From the IMG/VR virus record IMGVR_UViG_3300021963_000007: a DNA stretch of 38,720 nucleotides; one strand, 5' to 3'. The notes under the pieces are model-generated. The model saw only the letters and a list, made by a program, of their open reading frames with translations, did not search any database and had not been told where the DNA came from. This DNA comes from a virus. Below are positions 1-4,468 of the stretch, piece after piece. Both the position numbers and the translations under genes were made by a program. How positions within the stretch are numbered: position 1 is the first letter of the stretch; every line of letters starts with the position of its first letter.

Positions 1-127
1 GTTCGGTGTCGGTGGCGCGTGACTGACGTGACGCATTGTTCCGGAAACTTTTCTCGGCGTGTGACGCAAATGACGCATTGTTCCGGAAACTTTTCCCGGG
101 ATGATGCGCCGTTTTCGGCCGTGTGTG
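1..127. repeat. Terminal direct repeat, left copy, identical to 38594..38720. It marks circular closure or terminal redundancy of a 38,593-bp unit
   Basis: Base-for-base comparison gives 127/127 identity with 38594-38720. The last CDS (stop 38613-38615) therefore also ends at 20-22. Confidence 0.95.
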
Positions 128-142
128 ACGCAAATGACGCAT
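29..142 (+). repeat. Two longer direct repeats that carry the iterons: a 25-mer at 29-53 and 71-95, and a 20-mer at 59-78 and 123-142
   Basis: The 25-mer is TGACGCATTGTTCCGGAAACTTTTC and the 20-mer is GTGTGACGCAAATGACGCAT. Both pairs are exact copies, read directly. Confidence 0.9.
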
Positions 143-143
143 C

Positions 144-172
144 TGTGACTCATTATTTTGTGATGAGTCACA
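144..172. repeat. Inverted repeat TGTGACTCAT-N9-ATGAGTCACA in an AT-rich stretch
   Basis: The 10-bp arms at 144-153 and 163-172 are perfect reverse complements. Confidence 0.85.
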
Positions 173-240
173 CTTAAGTGGTTGAATGCAATGAGAAATA
201 AACGCCTGTGACTGAAATGACGCATTTTTAGACAAGTTTG

Positions 241-280
241 GTGTGTACGCGCGCGCGCCCGCGCTCGCGCGCATGTGTGG
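241..280. repeat. Alternating purine/pyrimidine GC-rich tract (GTGTGTACGCGCGCGCGCCCGCGCTCGCGCGCATGTGTGG) between the two opposed iteron arrays
   Basis: Read directly. The composition contrasts with the AT-rich flanks. Confidence 0.7.
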
Positions 281-323
281 AGCGGTTTAATGTCGGAAAT
301 ATGCGTCATTTGCGTCACAGAGG

Positions 324-329
324 GATAAT
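324..329 (+). promoter_or_regulatory. Possible -10 hexamer GATAAT upstream of terS. The expected -35 position is occupied by TGCGTCA repeats
   Basis: GATAAT lies at 324-329 and no good -35 hexamer sits 16-18 nt upstream. The repeats at 302-317 overlap that position, so an activator-dependent promoter is only a guess. Confidence 0.25.
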
Positions 330-415
330 TAGCCGATGAATCAAGAAGATAGGTGTGACGGACTGGCCGAAATATGCGTCACAGATGCGTCACATGCGTC
401 ACAGAGGAGGGTTTT

Positions 416-937
416 ATGGCTGGACGGCTGAAAACGCGGGTCGGGTTGGTTACGCTGGCCCACAAACGCGATGAGGTGAGGGAGTTGCTTGAGGCTGGTA
501 CTCCGCTGCCCGATGTGGCCAAGCAAATGGACGTGCCATATCAGGCGCTGACCAAGTGGCTTGATCAGACTGAGCAAGCGGGGCTATACGCGCGAGCTAG
601 GGAAAAGGCGGCGGACCTGCTTGCCACTGAGACGCTGGCCATAGCGGATGACGTGCTGGGTGAGGTGGCGCGCGACCGGCTGCGCGTGGACGCGCGGCGC
701 TGGCTCGCCGGCCGCTGGGACCCGACCCGCTTCGCGGACCGGGCCGGCGTTGCCGTGCAGGTCAACCTCGGCGACCTGCACCTGACCGCTGTCAAGGCCA
801 GCGCGGAGGCCCTGACGCACGAGCCTGACAGGCCCGTGTACGAGCCTGACACCGAAGGCCTGACAAGCCCGGCGCCTGAGCCTGACGCGGTCCCTGAGCC
901 GCGGCGCCGACGCGCCCCGAAGGCGCCCCGCGCCTGA
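416..937 (+). CDS. terS: Terminase small subunit (HTH type), 173 aa
   Basis: Frame of track ORF 374..937. The ATG at 416 lies 5 nt after GAGGAGG (404-410). The product has an N-terminal HTH-like segment. It also carries the YARAREKAADLLA...RDRLRVDARRWLAGRWDPTRFADR signature that I recognise from HTH-type small terminases. Confidence 0.7.
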   Translation: MAGRLKTRVGLVTLAHKRDEVRELLEAGTPLPDVAKQMDVPYQALTKWLDQTEQAGLYARAREKAADLLATETLAIADDVLGEVARDRLRVDARRWLAGRWDPTRFADRAGVAVQVNLGDLHLTAVKASAEALTHEPDRPVYEPDTEGLTSPAPEPDAVPEPRRRRAPKAPRA

Positions 938-1041
938 GCTCCCGGCGCCCGGGCGCCGAGGCCCCCCGGGCCCGGCCCCGGCCGGGGGCGCGGCTGGTGC
1001 AGAGGCCCACACCCACCGCCAAAAAAAATTGCACCACCCTA

Positions 1042-1070
1042 TTGCTAGTGTGTCGCGCTACCTCTACACT
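1042..1070 (+). promoter_or_regulatory. Sigma70-like promoter P1: TTGCTA-17 nt-TACACT
   Basis: -35 at 1042-1047, -10 at 1065-1070, 17-nt spacer. The -10 and leader are nearly identical to P2 and P3. Confidence 0.65.
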
Positions 1071-1105
1071 ACTCCTCACTGACCAACGCAACCGAGGACC
1101 CGCAC

Positions 1106-1342
1106 ATGACCACCGAGCAAATGGAACGCATGTTAGAGAACCGCTTCAGCCGCCGCTGCCTCGCCGAGGACCGCGCGATGTCCCGCCGCGAACGGCTGGA
1201 AGCCCGCGCCGAAAAGCTGATTGGCGAGCTCTGCCGCGACGGCCGCACCGTCTACTACGTCGTTCAGACGAACGGCAAGGTGCGTGAGGCCAACTGGAAG
1301 TCCGATTTGGTCGACTTCCTGATCCGTCGCAAGTACGTCTAA
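1106..1342 (+). CDS. Hypothetical early protein (78 aa), first gene behind P1
   Basis: Track ORF. The ATG lies exactly 3 nt after the conserved CCGAGGACCCG (1092-1102). No family recognised. Confidence 0.75.
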   Translation: MTTEQMERMLENRFSRRCLAEDRAMSRRERLEARAEKLIGELCRDGRTVYYVVQTNGKVREANWKSDLVDFLIRRKYV

Positions 1343-1349
1343 CCCGGCC

Positions 1350-1369
1350 GGGGAGGGGCGACCCTCCCC
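1350..1369 (+). other. Intergenic GC hairpin GGGGAGGG-GCGA-CCCTCCCC without a U-tract
   Basis: Perfect 8-bp stem read directly, located between two early genes. Confidence 0.5.
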
Positions 1370-1404
1370 CACCACCCTGTAACCGAGAAACCGAGGACCC
1401 GACT

Positions 1405-1812
1405 ATGAAGACCAAAACAGCCTACGAATGGGCGCTTGAGACCGTCACCACCGACGACTTCAACGACATCTTGGATGTCTGGCACCACGACTCGCTGGCC
1501 GACTTCTCCGACGACCAGATTCGCCGCGTGTTGAGCGGCGAGCGCTTCACCGTGGACGGTGGCGCCGCGGGCCCGCTTGAGGTGCGCTACGAACTGGCGC
1601 TGACCAAGCGTCGATATGAGCGCCTGCCGACCACTATCCTGTCCACCGGCAAGCCGGGCGAGGACATGCTCGACCTGCTCGACATCGGCTACGCCTACGT
1701 CGGGAACGAAGAACCCGGCCAGCTTCCGGCCGAGTTCGACGAGGCGCCCGGTAAGGTCCCGGCGCGATTTAAGGCCGAGCTCGCGAAGCGAATCGCGCGC
1801 TTGAAGCCCTGA
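1405..1812 (+). CDS. Hypothetical acidic early protein (135 aa)
   Basis: Track ORF. CCGAGGACCCG at 1391-1401 lies 3 nt before the ATG. D/E-rich, no family recognised. Confidence 0.75.
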   Translation: MKTKTAYEWALETVTTDDFNDILDVWHHDSLADFSDDQIRRVLSGERFTVDGGAAGPLEVRYELALTKRRYERLPTTILSTGKPGEDMLDLLDIGYAYVGNEEPGQLPAEFDEAPGKVPARFKAELAKRIARLKP

Positions 1813-1834
1813 CCCCCGGCCGCGGGGCAGGGTG

Positions 1835-1863
1835 TTGACGCCCTGTCCCGCGACCTCTACACT
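1835..1863 (+). promoter_or_regulatory. Sigma70-like promoter P2: TTGACG-17 nt-TACACT
   Basis: -35 at 1835-1840 and -10 at 1858-1863. The -10 and leader CCTCTACACTACTCCTCAC...CAACCGAGGACCCG are shared with P1. Confidence 0.7.
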
Positions 1864-1895
1864 ACTCCTCACCAACCGCAACCGAGGACCCGCGC

Positions 1896-2333
1896 ATGAA
1901 CATCACCAGCCCCAGCCACGACCTCTTTCTCTCCTACGCCCGCCGCGCCGGCAAATGGTCGGCCATCGTGTACGTCGGCGGAAAACTGACAAAGTTCAAG
2001 GAGCTCAAGGAGCTCAAGCAGGCCGACCTGATCAGCACCGTCTCCGACCGCGGCAACGTGTACCTGCGGTTTACCCCGGCCGGCGTGGCCTACGCCCTTG
2101 AGAACGGGGTCGACCTCTGCGACGGCACGGTCATGCAGAACTACTTTGAGACCCTCAACGCCGCGCTGGAGGCCGAAGGCCTGCTCGATTCATGGGACTG
2201 CTCCAGCAGCCCGATTGCCCGCGGCGAGACCCGCCGCTGGACGTGGCAGGACGGCAGCCGCCACGGCCGCCAGTGCTCCGTGTACCGTGACGAGACCGGC
2301 CGCTACGAGCGCCCTGTCCACTACGCCCGCTAA
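1896..2333 (+). CDS. Hypothetical early protein (145 aa), first gene behind P2
   Basis: Track ORF with the conserved motif at 1882-1892. Confidence 0.75.
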   Translation: MNITSPSHDLFLSYARRAGKWSAIVYVGGKLTKFKELKELKQADLISTVSDRGNVYLRFTPAGVAYALENGVDLCDGTVMQNYFETLNAALEAEGLLDSWDCSSSPIARGETRRWTWQDGSRHGRQCSVYRDETGRYERPVHYAR

Positions 2334-2353
2334 CCGCAACCGAGGACCCGACA

Positions 2354-2689
2354 ATGGCCAAGACCATCCCCGACCTTAACCGCGCGCTGGCCAAGGCCGG
2401 CGCCCCCGTCACCCTGTACCGCGGCTACGGCTACCTGTACTACGTTTACGACGACGTGCCGGCCAACGTCTGGCAGGACCGGTCCATGCCGCTCTGCCAC
2501 TTCAAGCAGATGCCGTTCGTGTTCTGGCTGGAAGAGGGCCTGCGCTTCGCCGCCGAGGTCCGCGCACAGCGCGAGGCCCTCGCACAGCGCGAGGCGCGGT
2601 TCGCCGCCCTGATGGAGTACGACCCGGACGCCGACGAGGACGACGAGGACGACGAGGACGACGAGGACGACGAGGACGACGAGCCGTAA
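2354..2689 (+). CDS. Hypothetical early protein (111 aa) with a poly-acidic C-terminal tail (DADEDDEDDEDDEDDEDDEP)
   Basis: Track ORF with the conserved motif at 2340-2350. The tail is encoded by a perfect 9-bp repeat. Confidence 0.75.
   Translation: MAKTIPDLNRALAKAGAPVTLYRGYGYLYYVYDDVPANVWQDRSMPLCHFKQMPFVFWLEEGLRFAAEVRAQREALAQREARFAALMEYDPDADEDDEDDEDDEDDEDDEP
2633..2683 (+). repeat. In-frame 9-bp tandem repeat (GACGAGGAC), about 5.7 copies
   Basis: Read directly. It encodes the (DED)n tail and contains five internal GAGGAC Shine-Dalgarno-like strings. Confidence 0.9.
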
Positions 2690-2702
2690 GACTGCTGACG
2701 AT

Positions 2703-2741
2703 GGCCCGGGGGACCGGGCCGAAACACCGCCCCCGCGGTGT
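2703..2741 (+). other. Double stem-loop intergenic element, copy A: GGCCCGG-GGGA-CCGGGCC, then ACACCGC-CCCC-GCGGTGT
   Basis: Two perfect 7-bp stems at 2703-2720 and 2724-2741. A homologous element with compensatory changes lies on the minus strand at 27911-27947. Confidence 0.7.
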
Positions 2742-2767
2742 CCAGTCAACCAACCGAGGACCCGAGC

Positions 2768-2998
2768 ATGCCGAAGAAACCCCACCGCACCGTTTTTCAC
2801 TGGGCGTGGAACGCGGAGCCGCTGCAAGTCGACCCCAGCATGACCCGGAAGCGGGCTGCTATCCTGCTCCGGGACTGGCGCAGCAACCCGAACACGCGGC
2901 TGGAGCGCGTTGGCCGCGGGCGCTACCGGATCGAGATGGAAGGCGCCGGCTGCGCTGTTGCCACCATGACCATCGCCCGAGGACCCGACCATGCGTAA
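2768..2998 (+). CDS. Hypothetical early protein (76 aa)
   Basis: In-frame ATG 2768 inside track ORF 2738..2998. It was chosen because CCGAGGACCCG (2754-2764) sits 3 nt upstream. Confidence 0.7.
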   Translation: MPKKPHRTVFHWAWNAEPLQVDPSMTRKRAAILLRDWRSNPNTRLERVGRGRYRIEMEGAGCAVATMTIARGPDHA

Positions 2999-3173
2999 AT
3001 CCCGTTACCGCGGCCCAATGGCCGTCTGGCACCGCCCCACCCCGCTTTGGCAGCGCGCCCTGCGGTGTGTCTTCGAGGTGGTCGGCGTGGTGGGCCTGAT
3101 GCTCGCCCTGCTGTTCCTGCTGGCCGCGGCGCCACACATCGATGCATGGGTCATCGGGAACCGGCCGTGGTAG
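2991..3173 (+). CDS. Small membrane protein (60 aa, one hydrophobic helix VVGVVGLMLALLFLLAAA)
   Basis: Track ORF with the motif at 2977-2987. It overlaps the upstream gene by 8 nt. Confidence 0.65.
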   Translation: MRKSRYRGPMAVWHRPTPLWQRALRCVFEVVGVVGLMLALLFLLAAAPHIDAWVIGNRPW

Positions 3174-3388
3174 CCCGGCGCCCCAGCGGCTGGCACCGGG
3201 AGTCTCGCCGGCTCGGCGCCGCGATGGGCTGGCGGACCTGCGCGACGTGCGGCGAGCGCAAGCGCTCGGATGCGTTCTACCCCCACCCTGACACCCCGGA
3301 CGGCATTAGCCCGGACTGCAAGGCCTGCGAGGGCTACTGGATGGCGACCGGGCACATCCGCCCGCGGCGCCGGGAGCCCGCAAAATAA
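3167..3388 (+). CDS. Small zinc-ribbon protein (CATCG...CKAC); the start is uncertain (GTG 3167 or ATG 3224)
   Basis: Frame of track ORF 3047..3388. GTG 3167 follows GGGAA and overlaps the upstream stop. ATG 3224 has no Shine-Dalgarno sequence. Two CxxC pairs are present. Confidence 0.5.
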   Translation: MVARRPSGWHRESRRLGAAMGWRTCATCGERKRSDAFYPHPDTPDGISPDCKACEGYWMATGHIRPRRREPAK

Positions 3389-3402
3389 ATTGCGGGGAAG
3401 TG

Positions 3403-3431
3403 TTGACGGCATGGCGGGCAATCTCTACACT
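3403..3431 (+). promoter_or_regulatory. Sigma70-like promoter P3: TTGACG-17 nt-TACACT
   Basis: -35 at 3403-3408 and -10 at 3426-3431. The leader CTCACCAACCGCAACCGAGGACCCG is identical to that of P2. Confidence 0.7.
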
Positions 3432-3463
3432 TCCCCTCACCAACCGCAACCGAGGACCCGACC

Positions 3464-3733
3464 ATGAGCAAGCCCGACCTGATTCGCCAGACTTTGCTGG
3501 ACCACTTCATTGAGACCGGAAAGCCGCTGCTGATCAGCGAGCTGGTAACGATGTGCAAGGCCAGCCGCCAGACCGTCAAAGACGCCATCTGGGACCGCTC
3601 CTACGACTTCGACTTTTGCGACATTGAGGTGTGGAGCGGCAGCAGTTGGAATGGCCGCTACCGCGTTTGCCAAGGCGCGCAGCCGTCCCGCCGGTATCTT
3701 GCCAGCATTATCAAAGCCGCCCGCGGCGCCTAA
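3464..3733 (+). CDS. Putative winged-helix DNA-binding protein (89 aa)
   Basis: Track ORF with the motif at 3450-3460. The N-terminal segment IRQTLLDHFIETGKPLLISELVTMCKASRQTVKDAIWD looks like an HTH. Confidence 0.6.
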   Translation: MSKPDLIRQTLLDHFIETGKPLLISELVTMCKASRQTVKDAIWDRSYDFDFCDIEVWSGSSWNGRYRVCQGAQPSRRYLASIIKAARGA

Positions 3734-3747
3734 CCGAGGACCCGACC

Positions 3748-4419
3748 ATGAGCACCTACGGCTACATCCGCGTCAGCACCGCCGAGCAGGCGGACGGCAC
3801 CAGCCTCGACGAGCAGCGCCGCCAGATTGCCGGCAACGCGATGGCGCACGGCCTCGACGTTACCCAGTGGGTCGAAGACGCTGGCGTCTCCGGCTCGCTG
3901 CCGTTCGTTGACCGTCTGGCCGCGCACGGTGTCGAGCCGGTCCGCGGCGACACCATCATCGTCGCGAAGCTGGACCGCTTCAGCCGTGACCTGCGCGACG
4001 CGCTGAACACGGTCCACGGCTTCAAACAGGCCGGCGTGCGCCTGATCGTGAACGGCCACGGCGACGTGACCGACGACAGCAACATCTACGCCCGCCTGAT
4101 GCTCGAAATCCTGTGCGCCTTTGCCGGCCATGAGCGCCGGGTCATCAAGGACCGTCAGAAGACCGGCCAGCGCAACAAGCGCGCGCAGGGCGGCCACATC
4201 GGCGGCAGCGCCCCGTTTGGCTACCGCACCATCGGCCACGGCCGCAGCGCGACGCTGGAGGCCATCCCGGAGCAGCAGGCGGCCATCGCCACCATGCTGG
4301 CCCTGCGCGCCACTGGCGCGAGCCTGCGGGCCATCAGCGCGGCTGTGGAGGCCCAGCACGGCCTCAAGGCCAGCCATGAGGCCGTGCGCCGCGTCCTGCG
4401 CGAGGCAGGCGCCTTGTAG
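3748..4419 (+). CDS. Small serine recombinase (resolvase/invertase family, 223 aa)
   Basis: In-frame ATG 3748 of track ORF 3631..4419, with the motif at 3734-3744. It has the N-terminal YGYIRVSTAEQ catalytic-serine signature, KLDRFSRD, and a C-terminal HTH-like segment (GASLRAISAAV). Confidence 0.85.
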   Translation: MSTYGYIRVSTAEQADGTSLDEQRRQIAGNAMAHGLDVTQWVEDAGVSGSLPFVDRLAAHGVEPVRGDTIIVAKLDRFSRDLRDALNTVHGFKQAGVRLIVNGHGDVTDDSNIYARLMLEILCAFAGHERRVIKDRQKTGQRNKRAQGGHIGGSAPFGYRTIGHGRSATLEAIPEQQAAIATMLALRATGASLRAISAAVEAQHGLKASHEAVRRVLREAGAL

Positions 4420-4442
4420 AGGCCCTGCGCCCCGGTCACACT

Positions 4443-4468
4443 AAGGCACCCCCCGCGGTGCCTTTTTT
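4443..4468 (+). terminator. Intrinsic terminator: AAGGCACC-CCCCGC-GGTGCCTT, whose last two stem bases begin a T6 run
   Basis: The 8-bp stem spans 4443-4450 and 4457-4464. The T run spans 4463-4468 and ends immediately before the terL ATG. Confidence 0.8.

Larger units (their letters stand above)
26..404. repeat. Iteron-like array with extended consensus TGTGACGCAT: 6 forward TGACGCA and 5 reverse TGCGTCA
   Basis: Forward copies start at 29, 62, 71, 126, 135 and 218. Reverse copies start at 302, 311, 375, 386 and 395. About 5 copies of a 7-mer are expected by chance in the whole window on both strands, against 11 here in under 400 bp of non-coding DNA. Related half-sites TGTGACT/AGTCACA lie at 144-172 and 207-215. 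Confidence 0.9.

Noticed and set aside
1-127. Interpreting the 127-bp terminal identity as a biological direct terminal repeat.
   Set aside because: The repeat bisects a coding sequence, and its length equals a common assembler k-mer. Circular closure is the simpler explanation. This remains testable with read coverage (see findings).
374-415. The upstream ATG at 374 as the terS start, and similarly 6732 for the portal, 28675 for SNF2, 36087 for the primase-helicase and 3631 for the recombinase.
   Set aside because: The extensions read through iterons or the 3' ends of upstream genes, give Arg/Cys-rich junk peptides, and lack ribosome-binding sites. The internal starts have SD sequences or ATGA coupling.
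938-1041. GC-rich palindromes (GGCGCCCGGGCGCC at 944-957 and CCCCGGCCGGGG-type strings), followed by an A8 run after terS, as a terminator or a cos/end site.
   Set aside because: The palindromes have essentially no loop, and they are followed by an A-run rather than a T-run on the coding strand. I could not derive a convincing hairpin. No evidence for genome ends can be obtained from sequence alone.
1896-2333. TIR-domain-like start (HDLFLSYARRAG resembles the DxFxSY box 1 of TIR domains) in the 145-aa early protein.
   Set aside because: Only the first short motif matches. I could not find the remaining TIR boxes or a plausible catalytic Glu context. Not reportable without a profile search.
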